Origin: an uncultured Chloroflexia bacterium
GTDB taxonomy: Bacteria > Chloroflexota > Limnocylindria > Limnocylindrales > CSP1-4
Assembly (NCBI GenBank): GCA_963835335.1
Contig: CAWIFB010000030.1
Coordinates: 13,017-77,016, forward strand
DNA length: 64,000 bases
Reading direction: 5' to 3'
Both the position numbers and the translations under genes were made by a program. The notes under the pieces were generated by a model. It saw only the letters and a program-made list of their open reading frames with translations, ran no database searches and was not told where the DNA came from. This document shows positions 55,697-64,000 of this stretch, piece after piece. Each line of letters opens with the position of its first letter. The first letter of the stretch is position 1.

Positions 55697-56821
55697 TCAG
55701 CCTCGTCGTCGAGCGGACAGCCGCCGCGTTCGACGAGCCGCGAGCCAAGGCGGCCAGCCCAACCCCAAGCACGAGCAGCAGGCGGTGGCCGGCAGCGCCG
55801 GCTTCGCGGGCCGGGGTGTCGCGGATGAAGCGGTTGGCGGGAGCGTGAACACCGGCGGGTGCGTGGTTCCCCCCGCGGTCACGGGCGAGCTCGGCCGGCT
55901 GGTCGGAGCGGCGGGCTGGCTGGTCGGAGCGGCGGGACGGCTGGTCGGTGCCGGCGCTGGCGTCGGCGGCAGCAGCGCCCCGGGCGGCAGTGCCCCGACG
56001 ATCGCGCTGGGCGAGATGCTCCGGTCCTGGTTCTTGTTGCCCGAGCCATCGAGGTTGAGCGTTCGCATGTGCCACGGCGAACCCGAGACCTGCGAGGCGC
56101 CGTCGAGCGGGCCGCCGTTCGCCCGGTTCCAGTAGTCGGACTGGCCGAGGTGCCCGCCCCAGGCGAGGAGGACCGCCGGCCCCGTGCTCCGGAACCGCAC
56201 CACCATGTCGGCCGAGCTGTTGCCCGAGCTGGGACCGGCATGGGTCGGAACGGAGATGGACAGGATGGTCGCGCCCCATGCGGTCAGCCGGCGGGGCGCC
56301 CCGGAGTAGCGCTCGGCTCCGGTCACGGACAGTCCGTCGGTGACGAACGGGTCGGACGGGAACGCGGCCGTCGACGTTGCGGGGAGCGACGGGCACATCG
56401 AGGAGATGCCCCCGCCGGTCGGCGAGCAGATCTTTCCGGCGGCGTTGGTCACGTTCCATGTCGCGAGGAAGTCGTACGCCTTGTGGCCACCCGCGGTGAA
56501 GTCGTAGTTGATGTGGATCGAGTGGGTGCCGGCCGACAGACCTTCGATCGCGAGCCTGAACGGGACGATGCCGCCTTCCGGATAGCGCGAGTTGTTGCCG
56601 TTGAGGTTGCCGTTCTGCCACTGGAGCGCCGTGCTCGCCCACTGGTCGAGGTTGACCGTCGTGGCGGCCAAGACCGGGGATGGGGCGATGCCGATGGTCA
56701 CCGCGGCAAGCGAGAGCGACATCAGCGCCGTCGCGGCCGCCTTGAGCACGGGCGAGCGCGGCGTGTGGCCGGCAGGCCGCGTGCACGACCACGGTCCCTC
56801 GCGCTCCGGGCGCTGCGCCAT
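55697..56821 (-). CDS. Secreted protein of unknown function with Pro/Thr-rich linker and C-terminal anchor-like tail
   Basis: Signal-like AAATALMSLSLAAVTIGIAPSPVLAA. The domain begins TVNLDQWASTALQWQNGNLNGNNSRYPEGGIVPFR. It has a PAAPTS x3 linker and the tail LPATACCSCLGLGWPPWLAARRTRR. The start is uncertain (ATG 56821 or a downstream GTG). Confidence 0.6.
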   Translation of the reverse strand: MAQRPEREGPWSCTRPAGHTPRSPVLKAAATALMSLSLAAVTIGIAPSPVLAATTVNLDQWASTALQWQNGNLNGNNSRYPEGGIVPFRLAIEGLSAGTHSIHINYDFTAGGHKAYDFLATWNVTNAAGKICSPTGGGISSMCPSLPATSTAAFPSDPFVTDGLSVTGAERYSGAPRRLTAWGATILSISVPTHAGPSSGNSSADMVVRFRSTGPAVLLAWGGHLGQSDYWNRANGGPLDGASQVSGSPWHMRTLNLDGSGNKNQDRSISPSAIVGALPPGALLPPTPAPAPTSRPAAPTSQPAAPTSRPSSPVTAGGTTHPPVFTLPPTASSATPRPAKPALPATACCSCLGLGWPPWLAARRTRRLSARRRG

Positions 56822-57084
56822 CGGGCTGTGACTCGCCACCACATGGACCTCGCTCAGCGGGTTCGACTGCTCACGGTGGGCGGCGTAGGGCGAGCCGTCG
56901 AGGATGACGAATCGACTACGAAGCCCACCGCAGTGGCCCGGAGTCAACCGGGCGATGCACCGGTCGGAAAACTCCGGTGTGGGCAGTCAACGTGGGCACG
57001 CAGGTCCCGCCGTCGGTGGATGGTTCAGGACGTGGCAACCGAGGGTGGTTGCGGGCGGCGACGGAGTCCCGGATACTGTCCTCG

Positions 57085-57377
57085 CGACACGGGGATCGCA
57101 TGAAGGCTCCGGTCCACCGGAGACGGACAGACAGCAACGCGTCGAGCGGGACGCGCCACACCGGGACGTCACCAGAGAGCCGGGGCCATCGGCTGCAAGC
57201 CCCGACGGACCCGACCGGTGCCGGCACCACCCGCGAGCGGCCGGTGAACCGGTCCGGGATCCGCCCGTTAGCGCGGCTCGAGCGCACACCGCCGGGTCTC
57301 CCCGGCAGCGTGAAGGCGGGTGGAACCGCGGGAGGAACAACAGCCTCTCGTCCTGTCGGACGAGAGGTTTCGTGTTT
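57085..57377 (+). promoter_or_regulatory. T-box leader (tRNA-sensing riboswitch) with intrinsic terminator, upstream of thrS
   Basis: T-box sequence GAAGGCGGGTGGAACCGCGGGAG (57313-57334) and an AGAGAG element at 57174-57179. The terminator is CCTCTCGTCC-TGTC-GGACGAGAGG at 57344-57367, followed by TTTCGTGTTT. The 5' boundary is approximate. Confidence 0.8.
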
Positions 57378-57393
57378 CCCAGGAGCGAATGAC

Positions 57394-59250
57394 ATGGCCG
57401 ACGATCAGCAGCAACAGCAGGCGGACCAGCCCGAGGACGAGGATCTCGCCCTCGACGCGCCTGAGCGGGGCTCAGCGGAGGAGCTCCTCGATGCGGGGGC
57501 TCACGCACCGATCGATGCGATGCGGCACAGTACGGCGCACGTGATGGCGGAAGCCGTGCTGGACCTGTTCCCGGGCACCCGCCTGGGGATCGGACCGGCC
57601 ATCGCCAACGGCTTCTACTACGACTTCGAGCTGCCGCGCCCGGTGACCCCGGACGACCTGTCGGCGATCGAGGAGCGGATGCGCGCCAGCATCGCCGCGG
57701 ACCACCCGTTCACGCGCCGCGAGGTGTCCTTCAACGAAGGCCGCGCGCAGGTGGAGGCCGCCGGCCAGCCGTTCAAGGTCGAGATCCTCGACGACCTCGC
57801 CCGCGCCGCAGCCGATTCGGGCAGCCCGATGCCCACGGTGACGTTCTACGACCATGGGCCGTTCAGCGACCTGTGCAAGGGCCCCCACGTCGCGTCGACG
57901 GGCCGGATCGGCCCGTTCAAGCTGCTGGCCGTGTCCGGCGCGTACTGGCGGGGCGACCAGGCTCGGCAGTCGCTCCAGCGCATCTACGGCACCGTGTGGG
58001 AGACGCAGGAGGAGCTCGATGCCTACCTGTGGCGCCGGGACGAGGCGCGCAAGCGCGACCATCGCAAGCTCGGCGTCCAGCTGGACCTGTACAGCTTCCA
58101 CGACGTCAGCCCGGGCTCGGCGTTCTGGCATCCCAAGGGACAGCGGATCTGGCGCACGCTGGAGGCGGCGATGCGCGAGCTCCAGGATCGCCGCGGCTAC
58201 GAAGAGGTGAGCACGCCGATCCTGGTGTCCGAGCGCCTGTGGCGGCAGTCCGGGCACTGGGACCACTACGCCGAGAACATGTTCATCATCGAGAGCGAGG
58301 GGCAGCAGTTCAGCCTCAAGCCGATGAACTGCCCCGAATCCACGTTCATCTACCGGTCCCGTCTTCGATCGTACCGGGACCTCCCGCTGCGGCTGAGCGA
58401 ATACGGCAGGCTCCACCGCAACGAGCGCTCGGGGACGCTGTCGGGCCTGACCCGCGTCCGCCAGTTCATCCAGGACGACGCGCACATCTACCTGCGCCCG
58501 GACCAGCTGACGGCGGAGATCGAAGCCCTCCTGGCCGAGGTCCGGGAGGCGTTCGGATGGTTCGGCCTGGTGCCGCGCTTCGCGTTCGCGACCAAGCCGG
58601 ACAAGGCGATCGGGGACCCCGCGCTGTGGGAGCTCGCTGAGCGCCTGATGAAGGATGCGCTCGACCTGGCTGGAGGCGACTACGTCGTCAAGCCCAAGGA
58701 CGGGACGTTCTACGCACCCAAGATCGATATCTACATCGATGATGCGCTCGGCCGGGAGTGGCAGATGGCGACCGTCCAGGTCGACCTCCAGATGCTGCCC
58801 GAGCGGTTCGACCTGACCTACATCGACGAGGACGGCCAGCCGAAGCGTCCGATGGCGATCCACCGCGCGATCTACGGATCGCTGGAGCGGTTCATCGGCA
58901 TCCTGGTGGAGCATTTCGCCGGCGCGTTCCCGCTGTGGATCGCGCCGGTCCAGGTGGTGGTCATCCCCATCGCCGACCGGCACGTGGAACCGGCCGGGGA
59001 GCTGGCCGCAGCCCTTCGCGCCGCCGGTGTCCGGTTCGTCGAGGTCGACGCGTCCGACAGCCGCATGCAGAACAAGATCCGGCTGGCACAGGGCCAGAAG
59101 GTTCCGTACATGGTGATCCTCGGCGATCGCGAGGTCGAGGCGCGGACCGCGTCGGTCCGCCGGCGGGACGGGTCGCAGGAGCAGGGGATCGCCTGGAGCG
59201 ACCTCGCGACGCGTCTCGGCGACGAGGTCCGGGAGCGCCGCCTGGAGTAG
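57394..59250 (+). CDS. thrS: Threonyl-tRNA synthetase (no N-terminal TGS domain)
   Basis: ATG is 8 nt after AGGAG. Editing-domain motifs HSTAH and CKGPH, class-II catalytic core, and an anticodon-binding domain. About 40 acidic/Gln-rich residues precede HSTAH. Confidence 0.95.
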   Translation: MADDQQQQQADQPEDEDLALDAPERGSAEELLDAGAHAPIDAMRHSTAHVMAEAVLDLFPGTRLGIGPAIANGFYYDFELPRPVTPDDLSAIEERMRASIAADHPFTRREVSFNEGRAQVEAAGQPFKVEILDDLARAAADSGSPMPTVTFYDHGPFSDLCKGPHVASTGRIGPFKLLAVSGAYWRGDQARQSLQRIYGTVWETQEELDAYLWRRDEARKRDHRKLGVQLDLYSFHDVSPGSAFWHPKGQRIWRTLEAAMRELQDRRGYEEVSTPILVSERLWRQSGHWDHYAENMFIIESEGQQFSLKPMNCPESTFIYRSRLRSYRDLPLRLSEYGRLHRNERSGTLSGLTRVRQFIQDDAHIYLRPDQLTAEIEALLAEVREAFGWFGLVPRFAFATKPDKAIGDPALWELAERLMKDALDLAGGDYVVKPKDGTFYAPKIDIYIDDALGREWQMATVQVDLQMLPERFDLTYIDEDGQPKRPMAIHRAIYGSLERFIGILVEHFAGAFPLWIAPVQVVVIPIADRHVEPAGELAAALRAAGVRFVEVDASDSRMQNKIRLAQGQKVPYMVILGDREVEARTASVRRRDGSQEQGIAWSDLATRLGDEVRERRLE

Positions 59251-59362
59251 GGGAGCGTCGGCGTTCAGGCCGCGTCGCCGGCCTCGGAGACCCGCACCGG
59301 CCAGGGACGCCGGGACCGCCGCCGGAGCCAGTTTTCGAGGCCCGCGGAGGGGTCGCCGTTCG

Positions 59363-59392
59363 TTGCGACCGTTCGAAACCCTGTGCTATTCT
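59363..59392 (+). promoter_or_regulatory. Putative sigma-70-type promoter of the infC-rpmI-rplT operon
   Basis: TTGCGA (59363-59368), 18-nt spacer, then extended -10 TGcTATTCT (59384-59392). Confidence 0.4.
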
Positions 59393-59466
59393 CCCGCGGC
59401 GGCTGCGTAGGGCGCTGAGCGTGCGCGCCGCGAATCTGAACACCTCGAAACAAAGGGAACCACGAC

Positions 59467-60228
59467 ATCAGCCGAGACCTGCGCATCAACCAGATGATCC
59501 GTGTCCCCCAGGTCCGGGTCCTCGACGAAGATGGCTCACAGCTCGGCGTCATGCCGACGCAGCAGGCCTTGGCGATGGCGCAGGAGCGTGGACTCGATCT
59601 CGTGGAGGTCGCGCCCACCGCGGCGCCCCCGGTCGTCAAGTTCCTCGACTTTGGTCAGTACAAGTACGAGCTGACCAAGCGCGAGAAGGAGGCGAAGCGG
59701 AAGCAGCGCTCGGTGGAATTCAAGGAGGTCCGCCTGACGCCCAAGATCGGCGTCGGTGACTTCGATACCAAGGTCCATCGAGCGATCGAGTTCCTCGAGG
59801 ACGGCGACCGGCTCAAGGTCACGGTCCGCTTCCGCGGTCGGGAGCTGACCCACCCGGAGATCGGGCGGAAGCTCCTCGCGAGGTTCGGCGACGCGGTCAA
59901 GGATCACGGCACCGTGGACCGCATGCCGGCGCTCGAAGGAAAGTCGATGTTCATGACGCTCGCCTCGCTGCACAAGCCGCGGGTCCACGAGCACAAGATC
60001 GCCGGGGCGCGGTCAGACGGGGAGAGCCAGGCGGTCGCCGCCCGGCCCGAGCCGGATCGGCCGGACGGCGCTCCCGCAGCACCGCCGCCGGCGACGCCGG
60101 CAGCCGCTGCCGCGGCTCCGGAAGCCCCTGTCACAGCACCGCCGGTGGCAACGCCGGCAGCCAAGTCCGCACCCGAACCGACGCCTGCTGCCGCTCCCGC
60201 GGCCGAGGCGACGCCAGCAGGAGAGTGA
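59467..60228 (+). CDS. infC: Translation initiation factor IF-3, probably starting at non-canonical ATC
   Basis: The conserved IF-3 N-terminal motif RINQMIRVPQVRV begins upstream of the first ATG (59494). The frame opens after TGA at 59437. ATC at 59467 follows an AAGGGA Shine-Dalgarno by 8 nt. An Ala/Pro-rich tail of ~75 aa is present. Confidence 0.85.
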   Translation: MSRDLRINQMIRVPQVRVLDEDGSQLGVMPTQQALAMAQERGLDLVEVAPTAAPPVVKFLDFGQYKYELTKREKEAKRKQRSVEFKEVRLTPKIGVGDFDTKVHRAIEFLEDGDRLKVTVRFRGRELTHPEIGRKLLARFGDAVKDHGTVDRMPALEGKSMFMTLASLHKPRVHEHKIAGARSDGESQAVAARPEPDRPDGAPAAPPPATPAAAAAAPEAPVTAPPVATPAAKSAPEPTPAAAPAAEATPAGE

Positions 60229-60235
60229 GGCCCGC

Positions 60236-60433
60236 GTGCCCAAGATCAAGACCCACAAGGGGACGCAGAAGCGCGTCACCGTCACCGGCACCGGGAAGTT
60301 CGTCCGCGTGAAGTCATGGCGCGGCCACCATCTCGAGATCAAGTCCTCGCGCCGGACGCGTCGCTACGCGGGCAAGGCAGTCGTGGGCCCCGAGCACCAG
60401 GAGCAGCTCCGCCGGCTCCTGCCGTACCTCTAG
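60236..60433 (+). CDS. rpmI: 50S ribosomal protein L35
   Basis: MPKIKTHKGTQKRVTVTGTGK... is typical L35. Confidence 0.95.
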   Translation: MPKIKTHKGTQKRVTVTGTGKFVRVKSWRGHHLEIKSSRRTRRYAGKAVVGPEHQEQLRRLLPYL

Positions 60434-60442
60434 GAGCGATCG

Positions 60443-60793
60443 ATGGCACGCGTCAAGCGGGGCGTCACCGCCCACAAACGGCACAAGCGGCTGCTCAACG
60501 CCGCCGAGGGCCGCAAGGGAACCAATCGCAAGCTCGTCAAGCGCGCGCGCAAATCGACGCTGCACGCGCTGGCGTACGCCACCCGGGACCGCAAGCAGCG
60601 CAAGCGCGACATGCGCGAGCTGTGGATCATCCGGATCAATGCCGCCGCCCGGATCAACGGGATCACCTACGCCAAGCTGATCGCCGGCCTCAAGAAGGCG
60701 GGCGTCGGACTGGATCGCAAGATCCTCGCGGACCTCGCCGTTCGCGATGCCGCGACCTTCGGCCGGATCGCCGAGGTCGCGCGCGGCGCCTGA
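60443..60793 (+). CDS. rplT: 50S ribosomal protein L20
   Basis: [18 protein letters not shown]...[26 protein letters not shown] is typical L20. Confidence 0.95.
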   Translation: MARVKRGVTAHKRHKRLLNAAEGRKGTNRKLVKRARKSTLHALAYATRDRKQRKRDMRELWIIRINAAARINGITYAKLIAGLKKAGVGLDRKILADLAVRDAATFGRIAEVARGA

Positions 60794-60933
60794 CCCGCCC
60801 GCCTGATGCGCCTCGACGTGCTGCCCCGGCCCGTCGCAGCGCCGATCTCGACCCTCGACGTCGCCGACGTTCGGGGGTTCGTGATTCACGGGGACTGACC
60901 GCCCCTACCGTACCGCCAGGACCACCGCCACCC

Positions 60934-61974
60934 ATGGAACTCGCCCAGCTCACCCGGGACCTCGATGCGCTGCGATCGCATGCGGTCGAGGCCGCCGGCG
61001 CGTCGCGCGACACCGCCGCGCTCGACGCGCTCGAGCTCGAGGTGCTGGGCAAGAAGGGCGGGCTGACCGCGATCCTGCGCGGGATCGGCGCGCTGCCGGC
61101 CGAGGATCGGCCGAAGGTCGGGGCGATCGCGAACGAGGTCCGGATGGCCGTCGAGTCGGCCGTCGCCAGCGCCCGGACCCGGCTGGGGAGCGCGGAGCTG
61201 GCGGCTCGCCTCGCGTCCGAGGCCGTCGACGTCACCACGCCCGGACGCCCGGTCCATCGCGGCAGCCTTCACCCCATCGTCGAGACGGCGCGCGAGATCG
61301 CCCAGGTCTTCGCCCAGTTCGGGTTCGTCGTCTACGAGGGGCCGGAGATCGAGGACGACCTCACCAACTTCCAGATGCTCAACATCCCGCCCGACCATCC
61401 GGCCCGGGACCTGTGGGACACGCTGTACCTCGACATGGAGGGCCGGCTGCTCCGAACCCACACGAGCCCCGGCCAGATCCGCGTCATGCACCAGGAGCGG
61501 CCGCCGATCCGCGCGCTGCTGCCCGGTCGCTGCTTCCGCTACGAGGCGGTCGACGCAAGCCACGCGTCGGAGTTCTTCCAGGTCGAGGGGCTGATGGTCG
61601 ACGAGGGAACGTCGATGGCGGACCTCAAGGGGCTGCTGGACCAGTTCGCGCACGCGATGTTCGGCGCCGATCGTGCGACCCGGTTCCGCCCCGGCTACTA
61701 CCCGTTCACGGAGCCGTCGGTCGCGTTCGACATCCTGTGCGTGATCTGCAACGGCGAGAAGTGCCCGGCCTGCTCGCGGACGGGCTGGATGACGATCCTG
61801 GGCGCGGGCATGGTCCACCCGGTCGTGCTGCGCTACGGCGGGATTGATCCCGAGCGCTACCAGGGGTTCGCGTTCGGGATGGGCGTCGACCGGATCGCGA
61901 ACCTGCGCCATGCGGTCGGGGACCTGCGGCTGTACACGGAGAACGATCTCCGGTTCCTGGCGGCCTTCCGATGA
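60934..61974 (+). CDS. pheS: Phenylalanyl-tRNA synthetase alpha subunit
   Basis: HPARDLWDTLYL, LRTHTSPGQIR, FRYEAVDASH, GAGMVHP motifs. Confidence 0.95.
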   Translation: MELAQLTRDLDALRSHAVEAAGASRDTAALDALELEVLGKKGGLTAILRGIGALPAEDRPKVGAIANEVRMAVESAVASARTRLGSAELAARLASEAVDVTTPGRPVHRGSLHPIVETAREIAQVFAQFGFVVYEGPEIEDDLTNFQMLNIPPDHPARDLWDTLYLDMEGRLLRTHTSPGQIRVMHQERPPIRALLPGRCFRYEAVDASHASEFFQVEGLMVDEGTSMADLKGLLDQFAHAMFGADRATRFRPGYYPFTEPSVAFDILCVICNGEKCPACSRTGWMTILGAGMVHPVVLRYGGIDPERYQGFAFGMGVDRIANLRHAVGDLRLYTENDLRFLAAFR

Positions 61975-64000
61975 GGGTCCCGATGTCCTGGCTGCGAGAG
62001 CTCGTCGACATCGACCTCACGCCAGAGCAGCTCGCCGAACGGCTGACGCTGCTGGGCATGGAGGTCCAGAAGATCGAACGGTGGGGCGCGGACTGGGAGC
62101 AGGTCGTGACGGGCGAGCTGCTCACGGTCGAGAAGCACCCCAGGGCCGATCGGCTGTCGCTGACCACGGTCACCCTGGGCGTCGGGCGCGAGCCGCTCTC
62201 GATCGTGTGCGGGGCGACCAACATCGCCCCGGGCCAGCGGATCCCGGTCGCGCTGCCGGGCGCGGTTCTGCCGGGTGATCGACGGATCGAGCGCGCCGAG
62301 AAGATGGGCGTGGTGAGCAACGGGATGCTGTGCTCGGGCGAGGAGCTGCACCTGACCGGCGACGGCGACGGGATCCTGATCCTGCCCGACGACACGCCCC
62401 TGGGGGTCCCGCTCGCCGACCTGTACGGCGACGTGGTGCTCGATGTCGATGTCAAGCCCAATCGCGGCGATGCGCTGTCGATCCTGGGGCTGGCCCGCGA
62501 GGTCGCCGCCGCGACCGGCAGGCCCGTGCCCGAGCGGGATGAGATCGTGGTTCGCGAAGGCGACGGCCCCTCCACGGCCGAGCGGCTGGCCGTCGACGTC
62601 CGCGACTCCGACCTGTGCTCCCGGTTCGTGGGGCGCTGGGTCAGCGGGGTGACCGTCGGGCCATCCCCGGATCGCGTCCAGATGCGGCTGCTCGCCGCCG
62701 GGATGCGGCCGATCTCGAACGTCGTCGACGCCTCGAACTACGTGATGCTGGAGCTGGGCAAGCCCATCCACACGTTCGATGCCGCCCCGGTGGCCGAGGG
62801 GCCGGATGGACGGGCGACGATCGTGGTCCGCCGGGCGGCGGCCGGCGAGCGGCTCGAGACGCTCGATCACGTGGAACGCGACCTGGACCCGGAGACGCTC
62901 CTGATCGCGGGTCTCGACGGCCCGCTCGCCATCGCCGGCGTGATGGGCGGCGCGGCATCGGAGGTCTCGGAGACGACGACCGACGTGATCATCGAGTCGG
63001 CCATCTTCGACCCGGTGAGCGTGCGCCGGACCGCGCGCCGCCATGCGCTGCGCTCGGAGGCAAGCGCCCGGTTCGAGAAGGGCCAGGAGCCGCGTCTCGC
63101 ACGCCTCGGTGCCGATCGGACCGCGGAGCTGATCGCGGCGTGGGCGGGCGGCACGGTCGCCCGCGGCCGGATCGACACCGCGCCGGCCGAGCCGGCGCGG
63201 ACGCGAGTGGCCTTCCGGCCGGAGCGGGTCAGCCGGCTGCTCGGCCTGTCCCTGTCGCCCGCCGACCAGCAGGAGCTCCTGGGCAGGGTCGGGGTCCAGA
63301 CGGAGGCGCCGCAGGGTCCGGCGCAGGTCACGGTCGCGATGGAGCCGGAGCCGCTCCAGGTCGATGCCGCACCGGGCACGTCGCTCCTTGCCATCGTGCC
63401 CACCTGGCGGCGCGACATCCTGGTCGAGGCGGATGTGGCCGAGGAGGTCGCGCGCGTGCGCGGCTACGAGCTCGTGCCGTCGCTGACGCCGGACACGCCG
63501 ATGCCGGCCTATCGTCCGTCGCCGCTGGAAGCCCGGGAGCTCATCCGCGAGACGCTGGCCGGGGCGGGATTGACCGAGGTGATCACGACCGCGCTGGTGT
63601 CGCCGCGGCACATCGAGACGTTCGTGCTCCGGCGCGAGGTTCCGTCGGTCGACGACGAGCCGCAGCCGGGCGGCGATGCCATCGGCGTCACCAACCCGCT
63701 GTCGCGGGACCATTCGCTGCTCCGCCGGAACCTGCTGGGAAGCCTGCTCGACGTGGTCGGCACGAACCTCCGCCGGGGGACCGAGGACATCGCCGTGTTC
63801 GAGGTGGGCAAGGGCTACGCCCGGACCGGCGACGAGCCCCGCGAGTGGTGGCGCCTCGGGCTTGCACTCACCGGCGCCGCCGAGCCCCGTGCCTGGAACC
63901 GCCCGGATCGTCCGTACGACCTGGACGACGCCAAGGGCCTGGTCGAGCTGCTCGCCCACCGTCTCGGGCTGGGCCGCCCGGCGTACGTCCCAGAGCACGA
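61971..64000 (+). CDS. pheT: Phenylalanyl-tRNA synthetase beta subunit (partial, runs off window end)
   Basis: ATGA overlap with pheS. The frame is open to the window end. MRVPMSWLRELVDIDLTPEQLAERLTLLGMEV and the tRNA-binding domain (EKHPRADRLSLTTV..IVCGATN) are present. This ORF is absent from the supplied track because it has no stop in the window. Confidence 0.9.
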   Translation, partial: MRVPMSWLRELVDIDLTPEQLAERLTLLGMEVQKIERWGADWEQVVTGELLTVEKHPRADRLSLTTVTLGVGREPLSIVCGATNIAPGQRIPVALPGAVLPGDRRIERAEKMGVVSNGMLCSGEELHLTGDGDGILILPDDTPLGVPLADLYGDVVLDVDVKPNRGDALSILGLAREVAAATGRPVPERDEIVVREGDGPSTAERLAVDVRDSDLCSRFVGRWVSGVTVGPSPDRVQMRLLAAGMRPISNVVDASNYVMLELGKPIHTFDAAPVAEGPDGRATIVVRRAAAGERLETLDHVERDLDPETLLIAGLDGPLAIAGVMGGAASEVSETTTDVIIESAIFDPVSVRRTARRHALRSEASARFEKGQEPRLARLGADRTAELIAAWAGGTVARGRIDTAPAEPARTRVAFRPERVSRLLGLSLSPADQQELLGRVGVQTEAPQGPAQVTVAMEPEPLQVDAAPGTSLLAIVPTWRRDILVEADVAEEVARVRGYELVPSLTPDTPMPAYRPSPLEARELIRETLAGAGLTEVITTALVSPRHIETFVLRREVPSVDDEPQPGGDAIGVTNPLSRDHSLLRRNLLGSLLDVVGTNLRRGTEDIAVFEVGKGYARTGDEPREWWRLGLALTGAAEPRAWNRPDRPYDLDDAKGLVELLAHRLGLGRPAYVPEH

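Noticed and set aside
55575-56792. 405-aa alternative minus-strand frame overlapping the secreted-protein gene
   Set aside because: Most of its translation is Arg-rich nonsense, and it runs antisense through tRNA-Val. Only its short LLLVLGVGLAALA segment is noted, as a possible sign of an indel near the real C-terminus.
56977-57393. In-frame upstream extension of thrS (the 757-aa ORF)
   Set aside because: The extension has no TGS or other ThrRS sequence. It coincides with the T-box leader and terminator. The ATG at 57394 has a well-placed AGGAG.

Overview
Very GC-rich (about 70% by eye), densely coding bacterial chromosomal segment. Its gene content looks Actinobacteria-like, possibly Chloroflexi-like. 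Most of it is housekeeping or metabolic: Moco genes; an EtfD-like Fe-S oxidoreductase with acyl-CoA dehydrogenase and etfBA; nrdR-dcd; a LacI / Opp-type ABC / GH1 / GH130 beta-glycoside locus; a Grx-CcdA-TlpA thiol module; truncated haemoglobin; two drug-type MFS pumps; ettA; a long translationally coupled operon (SBP, MA peptidase, 2x DUF881, DUF951, MFS, amidohydrolase); RNA methyltransferases; and thrS-infC-rpmI-rplT-pheST. There are two tRNAs, Arg-CCT and Val-GAC. I found no CRISPR array, rRNA, transposase, integrase or recognisable defence system. The observations most worth a second look are: (1) a 346-aa intein with class-3 hallmarks (Ala1, Trp/Cys/Thr) and a LAGLIDADG endonuclease, inserted in the dCTP deaminase active-site motif, downstream of nrdR and apparent tandem NrdR boxes; (2) a ~250-bp noncoding element present twice at ~98% identity, flanked by variable tandem repeats; (3) an ECF sigma / atypical anti-sigma / lipoprotein module with a mirrored bipartite promoter-like motif and a shared extracytoplasmic domain, in a slightly lower-GC stretch next to tRNA-Arg that also carries two apparently frameshifted genes; (4) a T-box leader with terminator upstream of a TGS-less thrS; (5) infC apparently starting at a non-canonical ATC. 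The many long ORFs antisense to real genes are GC-driven shadow ORFs. All homology statements come from reading motifs, not from database searches.
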